Shown: positions 44,115 through 54,419 of the stretch, in pieces
How positions within the stretch are numbered: position 1 is the first letter of the stretch
Layout: each line of letters starts with the position of its first letter
NCBI GenBank assembly: GCA_024654525.1
Contig: JANLHI010000032.1
Location: forward strand, 64,172-128,171
DNA length: 64,000 nt
Source: Patescibacteria group bacterium
GTDB taxonomy: Bacteria; Patescibacteriota; Minisyncoccia; UBA6257; 2-01-FULL-56-20
Direction of reading: 5' to 3'
Made by a program: the position numbers and the translations under genes
The notes under the pieces: generated by a model
What the model saw: only the letters and a program-made list of their open reading frames with translations
What the model was told of the DNA's origin: nothing
The model's database searches: none

Positions 44115-44482
44115 TTTTAAAGCTTTTTATCTTCTGACTTTTATTATGTGTGAGAGATTGTTTTTCGTTCCTCGGGTCTTTATTTCTTACCACGTCATTT
44201 CTACGGCTTGAATGTGTTGATGGGATAAAAAATAGGGGTGAAAATTATTGGCATACTATAATCTGGATATATTTTTCTCCCGCAAAAAAATAGCGGTAGC
44301 CAGAAATTTTTTATTGATTGGTAATTATAACGGCGTATTACTCACTCGCAACACACACTACTATGCCGGCGAGGCAAGGAATCTTTAGAGGAGTGCGTGC
44401 TAATCTGAAAAAAGGAGTAATTACGTAAGTTAAGGTCAGTATACCCCGCTTCGAGTTTTATGTCAATCTTTTGGTGTTTGGG

Positions 44483-46204
44483 CTATTTAAGCACACGCGC
44501 AGTCTTTACGTACCAGTCGGAGACATTTTCAAAGCGCTCTGGAGGGTTTGCTATCGTATTAGTCGTTTCTATCCCTCCTACATTTTTTGCCGTAACCGTA
44601 AGATATTTCGGCGAGTAGAGGAATATTGCAGGGGTATCGTTTGCAATGATGGCGGCTATGGAATCAATGTCTTTGGTGCGATTATCTTCATTAATATTTT
44701 CCCTTACCGATTCAATAAGGTTGTCCACCTTCTTATTGTTATAAAGGCTAATATTTAATCCTGGGTGAAAACGTTGAGATGAATGCCAAAATGGGAAAAG
44801 GTCGTCCGAGGGATTGAGTGTGTTGCCAAAGAGAAGCATGTCATAATTCCGGTCTTTAATTGCCGAAGAGACGATGTCTTCCGGATGTGCAATATCGAGT
44901 GTTACTATAACCCCTATTTTTTTCCATGCATCTCTGATTAGTTCTGCGGTAGTGATAAGAAACGGTATTTGAGGAACGACGAGTGTGGCTTGTAATGTAC
45001 TACTTGAACGGCCTTCTATTTTTACGCGGGCATCGCTGGAACTTGCTATGTGCCAGCCTGCGGCATCAAGGAGATCCCCTAGGTTTTCATTGATTGGCGT
45101 TGTTGAAGATGACGAAATTTCGTTGTTTGTGTCGGGAGAGAAAGTGGTGGTGATGGAAACTTTTTCTTGAGGAGATGCGAACCCGCTCATCGCACGTGTG
45201 ATAATGTCGTCGCGCGAGACGGCATCTGCTAAAATTTTCCTCACTTTGGGATCTTTGAGTGCTCCGTTGCGCGCCTGGTTTATAAAAATGGCGTAATAAC
45301 TTGGCATGGTAAACGCGTGAAGCGCATAGGGGCGTTTAATATCGTTGATTGTGGATGTTTCAATTCCTGCGATCCCATCTATTTTTCCGGAGTTAAATGC
45401 TTTAACAGCATCCGGCATTTGGCGGAAAAATTCCATGACAAACGTTGTAATATTCGGCGTTGATCCATCCGGTTTTTTCCATGCATACAGTCGATACGTT
45501 TCTATAAACCCATCGGATTGTTGTGTGAACGAGTCAAATTTATAAGGCCCCGATCCTATCGGTTTGAGATTATATTCCGCGAGCCTCCAATTTGATACGG
45601 GTGTGTCCGCAAAAAGATGCTTCGGAATTACATAAAGATTTTTCAGGTTTTCCGAAAAAAATGCGTAAGGGTTGGGGAGATAAATAGTAAACTCAAGCTC
45701 ACTGACGCGTCGAACGCTAATTCCCTGCCATGAAAGCGCGAGAGGGGATCGGCTTTCCGGATCTTGTATTTTTTGAATAGTAAAAATAATATCATCACTT
45801 GTGAGTTTTATGCCATTGTGCCACGTGAGATTTTCCTTGAGTCTTACGCTCCATGTTCTGTTCTCATCAGATGCTTCTATTTTCTCGGCAAGTGCGGGAA
45901 TATTCGAAAATATGAGATGTACCAAACTTCGGTCGGTGTCGGTCGCAGCAAGTACGGGATTGATATATGCAGGTTGTTCTATTACTCCTTCTATATAATC
46001 ACCTCCGTGTGCGGGAACCGAAGTGGTTGCGCGATCAAGGGTAATTGCTCCAAGCGTCACGGTGCTTGATACGCAGATGATCGCGGCAAATAGAAGCGCC
46101 GCCCGTTCTTTTCGGGAAAAGGAGCTGAATAAACGCTTAATGAGTATTATCATGGGGGCAGTACAAAATATGCGTAATGAGTACTCATCACCTACATACT
46201 GCAA
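44483..46204 (-). CDS. ABC transporter substrate-binding protein, family 5 (peptide/nickel, OppA/DppA-like)
   Basis: 573 aa with an N-terminal signal/anchor helix. Family-5 SBP patterns (YNLKPIGSGPYKF, PKYLTVTA). Confidence 0.7.
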   Translation of the reverse strand: MQYVGDEYSLRIFCTAPMIILIKRLFSSFSRKERAALLFAAIICVSSTVTLGAITLDRATTSVPAHGGDYIEGVIEQPAYINPVLAATDTDRSLVHLIFSNIPALAEKIEASDENRTWSVRLKENLTWHNGIKLTSDDIIFTIQKIQDPESRSPLALSWQGISVRRVSELEFTIYLPNPYAFFSENLKNLYVIPKHLFADTPVSNWRLAEYNLKPIGSGPYKFDSFTQQSDGFIETYRLYAWKKPDGSTPNITTFVMEFFRQMPDAVKAFNSGKIDGIAGIETSTINDIKRPYALHAFTMPSYYAIFINQARNGALKDPKVRKILADAVSRDDIITRAMSGFASPQEKVSITTTFSPDTNNEISSSSTTPINENLGDLLDAAGWHIASSSDARVKIEGRSSSTLQATLVVPQIPFLITTAELIRDAWKKIGVIVTLDIAHPEDIVSSAIKDRNYDMLLFGNTLNPSDDLFPFWHSSQRFHPGLNISLYNNKKVDNLIESVRENINEDNRTKDIDSIAAIIANDTPAIFLYSPKYLTVTAKNVGGIETTNTIANPPERFENVSDWYVKTARVLK

Positions 46205-46239
46205 GTACTATGTAGGTGATGCACATGCATTCCCGATAA

Positions 46240-46443
46240 TTAATGGAAAAGCTGATATATTGCGAGTCCTACAAATACAATAGAGAAAACAATCGTGGCA
46301 TAGAATGCACTTTTCTGAATACCTCGCCGTGTTTGATATACGGAACCATCTCCTCCCAAAAGAGCGGAGAAGCCGCTTGAGCGCTCTTGTATAAGAATAA
46401 GCCCTATGATTGCGAGAGAAACCAATAATTGAAGAATATTCAT
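46240..46443 (-). CDS. secG: Preprotein translocase subunit SecG
   Basis: 67 aa with two transmembrane helices. Central LIQERSSGFSALLGG resembles the SecG glycine-rich loop. Confidence 0.6.
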   Translation of the reverse strand: MNILQLLVSLAIIGLILIQERSSGFSALLGGDGSVYQTRRGIQKSAFYATIVFSIVFVGLAIYQLFH

Positions 46444-46790
46444 TTTAATCCTATGCTTGTGACCGTATTAATAACGCCTATGAGTAATGTAGCATACACG
46501 AGGGAAGGAACGGATTCAATCGTAAGGTTTTTGGAAAGCATGTCAAGGAGCGTGAGGATAATTGTGTTTACCACTATGAAGCCAATGCCAAGTGTAATAA
46601 CAATTATGGGTCCAAATAAGAGGTTTAATATCGGGCGTATCAGTATGTTGAGGAGCGTCAATATTGCTGCAATTTCAACAAGAGAAGTGAAATCTCCCGT
46701 AAGGAAAAATCCGTGAATATATGTTGATGCGGCGAGTATTGCCACAATATTCACGATGATATGGGCTACACCGCGTGATATCCAGCGCAT
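46440..46790 (-). CDS. Phage holin family 4 / DUF360 (YvlD-like) membrane protein
   Basis: 116 aa with four transmembrane helices. LIRPILNLLFGPIIVITLGIGFIVVNTIILTL matches the DUF360 pattern. Confidence 0.6.
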   Translation of the reverse strand: MRWISRGVAHIIVNIVAILAASTYIHGFFLTGDFTSLVEIAAILTLLNILIRPILNLLFGPIIVITLGIGFIVVNTIILTLLDMLSKNLTIESVPSLVYATLLIGVINTVTSIGLK

Positions 46791-46880
46791 TGAAGAAATT
46801 AACTAATAATGCATAACCGATAATCTATTACTTACTATTATGGCACGATTTTTTTTATATTGTTTAACACGAATTTTGGA

Positions 46881-48446
46881 TTAGATAATTCCTTCTAGCA
46901 GACTTCTTCCTGTCATTTCCTCGGGTTGGGGAAGGCCGAAAAGCTCGAGTATGGTTGGTGCAACATCGGCAAGAGAACCCATGGTTTCCGTTCCCAGTTT
47001 TTGCCAGTTGGCGAATTTTTTTCCTCTAAACCGAGATGCGACAAGGTGAAAAGGGACTGGGTTTGGGTCGTGTTGAGATTCCATGAGTCCCGTGGTGGGG
47101 TTAAGTACTTGCTCTATGTTACCGTGATCTCCGGTGATGATGAGAATATGATTTTCTTTGAGTGAGTGTATGATGCGGGCTATTTCCGCGTCTACTACGT
47201 GTACTGCGGCGATCGACGCATCGTAGTTTGCGGTGTGTGCCATAGTGTCGGGGTTTGCATAGTTTGCAAGGATAAAATCGAATGAATCATCACTTAATGC
47301 CTCAATAATTCTGTCGGTGATTGCTGTCGCTTGCATTTCCGGGTGTTCTTCCGGTTTTGATGTCGAGAGGGAGGGCACGACTACGCGATATTCTCCTTTA
47401 AATGGAGATTCTTCGTATCCGTTGAAAAAATAGGTGACATGAGCGTATTTATAGGTTTCGGCGATGCGAAGTTGATTTTTTCCGTGAGCGGATAGTATTT
47501 CTCCCAAGGACTTTTTTACTGTATCGGGCATAAATGCGACAGGCGCGGGTATACCTTTTTCGTAGTGGGTCATGGTAACGCCGAAAAGATTTTTAATTTG
47601 TTTTCTTGGGAATGCGGAAAAGTCGGGTTTGAGAAAGGCCTCGGCGATTTGTCGCACCGAATCTTCGCGGAAATTCCAAAATATGATTGCGTCATTGTCA
47701 CAGATAGCGCTGTCTTCTTTGAGTCGGATAGGGACAAGATATTCTTCTGTGAGACCTTTGTCATAGAGAGAATGAATTATGGGAAGAGGGTCTTGTACGA
47801 GGGGGTTGGCGGTGTTGGTCATAAGGTCATATGCCGCTTTGGTGAGTTGCCAGTTTTTATTGCGGTCCATAGCATAATAACGACCTGTAAGAGTTGCAAT
47901 GGCAGATCGTGGCAGTTCGGCAAACATTTTTTCGAGTGTTTTTGGAGGACTGTCCTTTCCGTCTGCCCAAAGATGAAGTTTTACATTGGATATCCCTTCC
48001 TTTTCTGCGAGTGCGAGAAGTGCGCGTATATGATCAAAAGAAGCGTGCACGCTCGCTTTTGTGAGAAGTCCGGCAAGATGAAGAGCGGAGTTGTGCGTGC
48101 GGGCATGCGCACAGGCTTGTTTCAGTGCGGTATTATCGAAGAAGCTTTTATCTTGGATAGCCATAGTAATTTTAGGGAGATATTGATACAGGATTTTTCC
48201 CGCGCCAAGAGTGAGGTGTCCCACTTCGCTGTTTCCTACTTCTCCCCACGGGAGACCCACTCCAATGCCTGATGCTTGAAGGCTGGTTATGGGAAATTCT
48301 CGGGAAATAGCCTCTATCGTTTTTGGTTGGGCGATGTAAATAGGGTTTGATTCGTCATTTCTTCCAATACCCCATCCGTCAAGAATTACGAAGATAATTG
48401 TAGTCTTCATTTTGCTAATCATCCCATAAGAATCTGTCTCTTCCAA
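46881..48446 (-). CDS. gpmI: 2,3-bisphosphoglycerate-independent phosphoglycerate mutase
   Basis: ILDGWGIG, GNSEVGHLTLGAGKI, ITGDHGN motifs. The start may be the internal Met at 48422. Confidence 0.85.
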   Translation of the reverse strand: MEETDSYGMISKMKTTIIFVILDGWGIGRNDESNPIYIAQPKTIEAISREFPITSLQASGIGVGLPWGEVGNSEVGHLTLGAGKILYQYLPKITMAIQDKSFFDNTALKQACAHARTHNSALHLAGLLTKASVHASFDHIRALLALAEKEGISNVKLHLWADGKDSPPKTLEKMFAELPRSAIATLTGRYYAMDRNKNWQLTKAAYDLMTNTANPLVQDPLPIIHSLYDKGLTEEYLVPIRLKEDSAICDNDAIIFWNFREDSVRQIAEAFLKPDFSAFPRKQIKNLFGVTMTHYEKGIPAPVAFMPDTVKKSLGEILSAHGKNQLRIAETYKYAHVTYFFNGYEESPFKGEYRVVVPSLSTSKPEEHPEMQATAITDRIIEALSDDSFDFILANYANPDTMAHTANYDASIAAVHVVDAEIARIIHSLKENHILIITGDHGNIEQVLNPTTGLMESQHDPNPVPFHLVASRFRGKKFANWQKLGTETMGSLADVAPTILELFGLPQPEEMTGRSLLEGII

Positions 48447-48606
48447 GGGATTATTCTGATGGGATCGGAATACTCTGAAAAGTGACGGAAAACCTTGACG
48501 TAAAAGGGCATTCAGGGGATACTGTATTTGTTCAGGGTGTTTAAAGAGTCATAGAGTATTATTTTTTCTTACTACGCATAATGCGTATACAAGGAAGTCA
48601 ATTTTT

Positions 48607-50136
48607 ATGGATACCTATAGCGTGTGGGGCGCGGCACTTGTCGCGCTTGTTGTCGGTTTTGGCGTCGGATACGTGGTGCGGCGTGTATGGGCTACGCGAC
48701 AAGCGGGTATAGTCGAGGAACGGACAAAAGAAGTTCTTCAGGAAGCGGAAAGAAAGGCAAAAGAGTTGGTAATGGAGGCCGAGAAAAAATCGGTGGATTT
48801 GTTTGCGGAGTCGAAAAAAGAGGAGCGGGAAAGGAAAGTAGAACTAGGAAATCTTGAGCAGAGGTTGGTGAGGAGAGAAGAAATTCTCGATAAGAAATTG
48901 ACCGCAATCACCAATGATGAGTCTGTATTGCGCACGAAGAGTGACGTACTTAAGAAGCAGGAAAGTGAATTGCAGGCCATTGCTGAAGATGCACAGGGGA
49001 AATTGGAAAAAATAAGCGGTTTGAGTGCGCAAGAGGCGCGTGATGAGTTGTTTAGGAAAGTAAAAGAGGATCGTAGGGCTGATTTGGCGCAATTGATACA
49101 AAAAGTGGAAAAGGAAAATCATGACGAGGTAGAGCGACGTTCGATGAGTATCATCACTACCGCGCTTCAACGTTTTAGTCGCTCTCATATTTCTGAATTG
49201 ACCACCACTTCTTTTCCTTTGGGGGACGAGGATATTAAGGGAAAGATTATTGGGCGTGAGGGGCGCAATATTCGGGCGTTGGAGCGTGCTACGGGAGTTG
49301 AATTTGTAATCGATGAAACGCCTGACAGTATCATAATATCTTCATTTGATCCGTATCGGCGCGAAGTTGCACGGCTTGCGCTTGCAAAGCTCATTAAAGA
49401 CGGACGTATCCAGCCCGCGAAGATTGAGGAGAAAGTGGAAGAATCCAAGCAGGAACTTGCGAAGCGAATGATGGAGATAGGAGAAGCTGCTGCCGAGGAG
49501 GTGGGAGTTTTTGATCTTCCGAAAGAAATTATCCAACTTCTTGGGAGGCTTCATTTTCGTACGAGTTATGGGCAGAATGTACTTACTCATTCGATTGAAA
49601 TGACACATCTTGCCACGATGATGGCGGGTGAGTTGGGTCTAAATGTCGAGGTGGCGAAGAAGGGCGCGCTTGTGCACGACATAGGAAAGGCATTGGACCA
49701 TGATATCGAAGGGACGCATGTTGATTTGGGTATGAAAGTACTCAGAAAATACAATATTGACGAGCGTGTAATTCAAGCGATGCAGTCCCATCACGAGGAT
49801 TATCCCTATGCGATTCCCGAGGCGTATGTGGTTACTGCGGTTGATGTGCTTTCTGCCGCCCGCCCCGGTGCGCGACGGGGGACTATTGAAGCGTATATCA
49901 AGAGATTGGGAGATCTTGAGCGTATTGCGATGGAGTTTCCCGGTGTGAAAAGTGCATATGCAATATCTGCGGGGCGTGAGTTGCGCGTATTTGCAATACC
50001 CGAAAAAATCGACGATTTTCGTGCGCTCGAGCTTGCACGGGAAATTGCGAATAAAATACAATCCGAGTTAAAATATCCTGGAGAGATTAAGGTGAATGTG
50101 ATTCGTGAGATGCGCGCAGTGGAATACGCAAGATAG
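48607..50136 (+). CDS. rny: Ribonuclease Y
   Basis: N-terminal transmembrane helix, coiled-coil, KH domain (IIGREGRNIRALE), HD domain (HSIEMTHLATMMAGELGL...HDIGK). Confidence 0.9.
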   Translation: MDTYSVWGAALVALVVGFGVGYVVRRVWATRQAGIVEERTKEVLQEAERKAKELVMEAEKKSVDLFAESKKEERERKVELGNLEQRLVRREEILDKKLTAITNDESVLRTKSDVLKKQESELQAIAEDAQGKLEKISGLSAQEARDELFRKVKEDRRADLAQLIQKVEKENHDEVERRSMSIITTALQRFSRSHISELTTTSFPLGDEDIKGKIIGREGRNIRALERATGVEFVIDETPDSIIISSFDPYRREVARLALAKLIKDGRIQPAKIEEKVEESKQELAKRMMEIGEAAAEEVGVFDLPKEIIQLLGRLHFRTSYGQNVLTHSIEMTHLATMMAGELGLNVEVAKKGALVHDIGKALDHDIEGTHVDLGMKVLRKYNIDERVIQAMQSHHEDYPYAIPEAYVVTAVDVLSAARPGARRGTIEAYIKRLGDLERIAMEFPGVKSAYAISAGRELRVFAIPEKIDDFRALELAREIANKIQSELKYPGEIKVNVIREMRAVEYAR

Positions 50137-50228
50137 TTTTCGAATGTACGAAGGGTTTACGAGAATACAAATGCGCACCACAGGAATTACTTCGCATCGG
50201 TTCGTAATTCTGTAAGTCTCTATAAGCT

Positions 50229-51743
50229 ATGCTTCTAAAACTCTCAAAATTCTTTACTTATATATCGCTGTTTTCAGTACTCGTGGTGGTAAAGTCCACC
50301 TTTTTCCCTTTTATTGGAGGGAAAGCTTATTTTTTTAGAGTTGCGATTGAATTAGCGGTGGCATTCGCTTTTTTGTGGTGGGCGTTTGAAGCGTCGCATG
50401 GTGAGGCGATGCGGCGTGTGCGCACTACGTTTCGCAAACCGCTGGTAATCGCGGTGTCTTTTTTTGCGCTTGCGTTTCTTCTTGCCAGTGTGTTCGCATA
50501 CGATCCTCACGCTGCATTTTGGTCCAATTACGAGCGAGGAGAAGGAGGATTTCAAATGCTTCATTACTACGCATTCTTTTTACTACTTGCAATGTTCTTT
50601 GATACGAGGAAAGATTGGAATCGTTTTTTTGTGACTGCGGTTATTGTGACGATATGTATGGTGGGATATGGTATTGGGGCTGCGGCGCTTACCCCACATT
50701 GTCCCATTGGTACTCATCTTACGGATGCGGGACCGTCCTCGAGTATACCGCAAATATGCACGGGAAGTTCTTTGACTGCTTCAAGTGGTGCCCAATACGC
50801 ACCCGTGAATCGAAGCGTATTCGGATTTGTCGGTCCATACTTACGCATTGACGGTCAGCCTGTTGCGCCGACGTTTCTCGGAAGGATTTTCTCGGATAGG
50901 AGATTTCAAGGGTCTTTGGGAAATCCCGCATATGTAGCACCGTATCTTATGTTCGGGATATTCTATTGTCTCTATCTTGGATTCAAGGAGGGTATTCGAA
51001 AACAAAAGCGGGTATTATGGGTGGTGATAGCTGCGGTATTCTTTATATTTCTTATTCTTACTCAAACGCGAGGAACATTCTTGGGGTTGATTGCGGCAGC
51101 ATTAGTTTTTCTGTTATATCTCGCTATTCGTGGAAGCGGACGTATACGTCGCTTCTCAATCATCACACTTCTCGCTTTTTTTCTGGTTAATGCGACGTTG
51201 TTTATTGCTCATGACAATACGTTGGTGCGAAAAATTCCGTTTGTAGAGCGTTTTTATAATCTTGGTTCTGCAGAAAGTTTTGCGCCACGTCTTTGGACAT
51301 GGGGATCCGCATGGGAAGGATTCAAGGAACGTCCTGTGTTTGGGTGGGGTCCGGAAAATTTCCCTGCGGTGTTTGATGCGCATTTTGATTCGCGTCATTT
51401 TATTCCCGGGCAAGATACTGAAACATGGTTTGATCGCGCACATAGCGTAGTATTCGATTACCTTTCGGAGACGGGGGTTGTCGGATTCTTCGCATATCTT
51501 TCCATCTTTGCGTTTTTCTTCGCGGGATTTTTCGTGCGCGATCGTGTGCGCATGCTTCCGGATGTCCTTATGCGACGTGCATTGATACTTGCACTCCCCG
51601 TGGGATATCTCGTGCAGGCATTAGTCCTCTTTGATGTTCTCCCTATTTATCTCAATCTTTTTATTTTTCTTGCATTCGCCGCATGGTGGTTTGATGCGTC
51701 TCATGACAAAGTGTCGGGGGAGGGAGGGGAGAGTACTCGCTAG
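50229..51743 (+). CDS. O-antigen ligase / Wzy_C-domain polytopic membrane protein
   Basis: More than 10 transmembrane helices. Wzy_C signature region LTQTRGTFLGLIAAALVFLL. Confidence 0.65.
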   Translation: MLLKLSKFFTYISLFSVLVVVKSTFFPFIGGKAYFFRVAIELAVAFAFLWWAFEASHGEAMRRVRTTFRKPLVIAVSFFALAFLLASVFAYDPHAAFWSNYERGEGGFQMLHYYAFFLLLAMFFDTRKDWNRFFVTAVIVTICMVGYGIGAAALTPHCPIGTHLTDAGPSSSIPQICTGSSLTASSGAQYAPVNRSVFGFVGPYLRIDGQPVAPTFLGRIFSDRRFQGSLGNPAYVAPYLMFGIFYCLYLGFKEGIRKQKRVLWVVIAAVFFIFLILTQTRGTFLGLIAAALVFLLYLAIRGSGRIRRFSIITLLAFFLVNATLFIAHDNTLVRKIPFVERFYNLGSAESFAPRLWTWGSAWEGFKERPVFGWGPENFPAVFDAHFDSRHFIPGQDTETWFDRAHSVVFDYLSETGVVGFFAYLSIFAFFFAGFFVRDRVRMLPDVLMRRALILALPVGYLVQALVLFDVLPIYLNLFIFLAFAAWWFDASHDKVSGEGGESTR

Positions 51744-51757
51744 GCTTACATATTTAA

Positions 51758-52396
51758 ATGTCCCCTATACTAAAAAAAATAATTGCGATAGTTGCAACGT
51801 TGGGTCTTGTATACATCGCATATTACGGATCCTATCTTCCTTTGCATAAAGCGCAGGAATATATTAGGACTATGCAGGGGCTTGATACCGTAAGGACTAT
51901 TGATGAGCTTGAGAGGGCCTTTTCTGTGCCGCTTGATTTGCCGTCTCCCATAGGGCAAGAAGAGTTGGTAAGGAATACCGCAACAAATGTCGCTTCTTCC
52001 CTTGCGCGTGGCGTTTCCGATCCGGAAATAGCACAGGAACTTATACGATTTGTAGAGAGTTATTTTGAACCTATCGTGTTACGGGGAAGAGGAATGAGTT
52101 TTGGGCAAGATCTTTATATTTTGGGTTCGCTTCATCGCATTGCGTATGATCAAGGCAATGACCCTGTACATCTTGATGCCGCGATACGTTTCTTTTCCCA
52201 AGGACTTGATCTTAGTCCACAGCGTCCGCAGTTCCTTTATGCATTGCTTGACGTGGTGCGTCTTAAGGGGGATGGGGAAAGCGCGCTTGCGATTGCTCAG
52301 CAGATTAATGCACAGTGGCCGAATGACGGGCGTATTGCCGCGTTTCTCCGTGATCTCAACGAAGCCATTGCGTCATCCACTCCTAATAAAAAATGA
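51758..52396 (+). CDS. Membrane-anchored hypothetical protein, helical repeat (TPR-like)
   Basis: N-terminal transmembrane helix. Alpha-helical repeat composition. Confidence 0.4.
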   Translation: MSPILKKIIAIVATLGLVYIAYYGSYLPLHKAQEYIRTMQGLDTVRTIDELERAFSVPLDLPSPIGQEELVRNTATNVASSLARGVSDPEIAQELIRFVESYFEPIVLRGRGMSFGQDLYILGSLHRIAYDQGNDPVHLDAAIRFFSQGLDLSPQRPQFLYALLDVVRLKGDGESALAIAQQINAQWPNDGRIAAFLRDLNEAIASSTPNKK

Positions 52397-53412
52397 AAAA
52401 AATAAAAAACAAAGTTGCACTTATTTTTGGTGTCACCGGACAGGATGGAAGTTTTTTGGCGGAGCTGTTGCTTGATAAGGGATACGAAGTGCATGGAGTA
52501 ATCCGGCGAGCTTCTACATTTAATACCTCGCGTATCAACCATATCTATGAAGATCCGCATACTACCGATAAGCGTTTTTTCTTGCACTATGGCGATCTTG
52601 CCGATGCGAACACTATCAGAAAATTGTTGTATATGATCATGCCTGATGAAATATATAATCTTGGTGCGCAATCGCATGTGCGTGTGTCATTTGATATTCC
52701 TGAATATACGGCAAATGTAACCGGAGTGGGGGCATTGCGCGTGCTTGAAGCGGCGAAGGATTATGAAGAACATATGAAAAGGAAAGTAAAGTTTTATCAG
52801 GCAAGTTCCTCGGAGATGTTTGGTGCGACACCTCCTCCTCAAAACGAGACAAGCTCATTTTATCCGCGTAGTCCGTACGCGGCGGCAAAATTATTTGCGT
52901 ATAATATGACTCGGAATTATCGCGAAGCGTATGGAATGTTTGCGGTAAACGGGATTCTTTTCAATCATGAATCCGAGCGAAGAGGCGAAACCTTTGTAAC
53001 GCGAAAGATCACGCGCGCAGTGGCGCGAATTAAAGTGGGGAAGGAGAAGAAGCTATTTCTTGGGAATCTTGATGCAAAGCGCGATTGGGGATATGCGCCG
53101 GAGTATATGGAAGCCGCGTGGAGGATGTTGCAGACCGATCGTCCCGATGATTATGTAATCGGTACCGGTGAATCCCACTCCGTGCGAGAATTTGTGGCGG
53201 AGGCGTTTCGTGTTGCGGGGTTGGGGAATTGGAAGAAGTATGTAGGGTTTGATTCTCGTTATCTTCGTCCTACCGAAGTTGAGAGTCTTATCGCCGATAC
53301 GCGAAAAGCAAAAAAGAAACTCGGCTGGAAGGCGAAAGTAACGTTTCCTGAGCTTGTGCGTATCATGGTGGAGGCGGATTGTCGCGAAGAGGGGATTCTT
53401 AATTTGGAATAA
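52393..53412 (+). CDS. gmd: GDP-mannose 4,6-dehydratase
   Basis: [27 protein letters not shown] and [33 protein letters not shown] are typical of Gmd. Confidence 0.9.
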   Translation: MKKIKNKVALIFGVTGQDGSFLAELLLDKGYEVHGVIRRASTFNTSRINHIYEDPHTTDKRFFLHYGDLADANTIRKLLYMIMPDEIYNLGAQSHVRVSFDIPEYTANVTGVGALRVLEAAKDYEEHMKRKVKFYQASSSEMFGATPPPQNETSSFYPRSPYAAAKLFAYNMTRNYREAYGMFAVNGILFNHESERRGETFVTRKITRAVARIKVGKEKKLFLGNLDAKRDWGYAPEYMEAAWRMLQTDRPDDYVIGTGESHSVREFVAEAFRVAGLGNWKKYVGFDSRYLRPTEVESLIADTRKAKKKLGWKAKVTFPELVRIMVEADCREEGILNLE

Positions 53413-53432
53413 TCTTTACGAAGAGGAGTGAG

Positions 53433-54389
53433 ATGTCTATGTTGGAACTTAAAGGAAAAAAAATATTAGTGACGGGAGGGCATGGATTTCTTGGGTCGCG
53501 AATGCTTGCACTTCTCAAGGATGAATATGGAATTCATCCAAGTGATATTTTTACTCCTGGTCGCGAAGAGTTGGATTTACGGTTTCGGGAAAATTGCGTG
53601 CGCGCGGTGGAGCATCAAGATGTGGTGTTCCATCTTGCGGGGACTGTCGGAGGAATAGGTTTTAATCAGGAATATCCGGCCCAGCTTTTCTACGACAATA
53701 TCATGATGGGGGTACAGCTTATGGATGCTGCATATCGCGGAGGAGTAAAAAAATTTATTACACTCGGAACGATTTGTAGTTATCCAAAATTCACTTCAGC
53801 GCCTTTTAAAGAAGAGGATCTTTGGAATGGCTATCCGGAGGAAACCAATGCGCCGTACGGTCTTGCAAAGAAAATGCTTCTTGTGCAGGCGCAGGTATAC
53901 CGTGCGCAGTACGGTTTCAACGGTATTATTCTTTTCCCCACCAACTTATACGGCCCCGGTGATAATTTTGATCTTAAAAATTCACACGTACTCCCCGCAC
54001 TTATCCGAAAAGTTATAGAGGCAAAAAAGGAGGGAAGGAATTATATCGAGGTATGGGGAACCGGAAATGTGACGCGTGAATTTCTTTATGTGGATGATGC
54101 GGCACGCGGCATCATAGAAGCCGCCATGCAATATGATAAATCCGATCCGGTAAATCTCGGATCCGGAAGGGAAATTTCCATCAAAGATCTCGTATCTCTT
54201 ATTTGCAAACTTACAGACTTTGACGGGGAAATTCGTTGGGATGCGACTCGTCCCGATGGTCAGCCTCGTCGTTTTGTTGATACATGCAGAGCTCAAAAAG
54301 AATTCGGTTTTAATTCCGCGATGGAATTTGAAGAGGGAGTGAAGCGCACTATTGAGTGGTACGAAAAAGAGGTTTCTGGAAAAGAGTAA
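53433..54389 (+). CDS. fcl: GDP-L-fucose synthase (GDP-4-keto-6-deoxymannose 3,5-epimerase/4-reductase)
   Basis: ILVTGGHGFLGS. PYGLAKKMLLVQAQVY (catalytic YxxxK). Adjacent to gmd. Confidence 0.85.
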   Translation: MSMLELKGKKILVTGGHGFLGSRMLALLKDEYGIHPSDIFTPGREELDLRFRENCVRAVEHQDVVFHLAGTVGGIGFNQEYPAQLFYDNIMMGVQLMDAAYRGGVKKFITLGTICSYPKFTSAPFKEEDLWNGYPEETNAPYGLAKKMLLVQAQVYRAQYGFNGIILFPTNLYGPGDNFDLKNSHVLPALIRKVIEAKKEGRNYIEVWGTGNVTREFLYVDDAARGIIEAAMQYDKSDPVNLGSGREISIKDLVSLICKLTDFDGEIRWDATRPDGQPRRFVDTCRAQKEFGFNSAMEFEEGVKRTIEWYEKEVSGKE

Positions 54390-54419
54390 AGTTGTTTCTA
54401 AAGTGCAATGTAGTTTGAG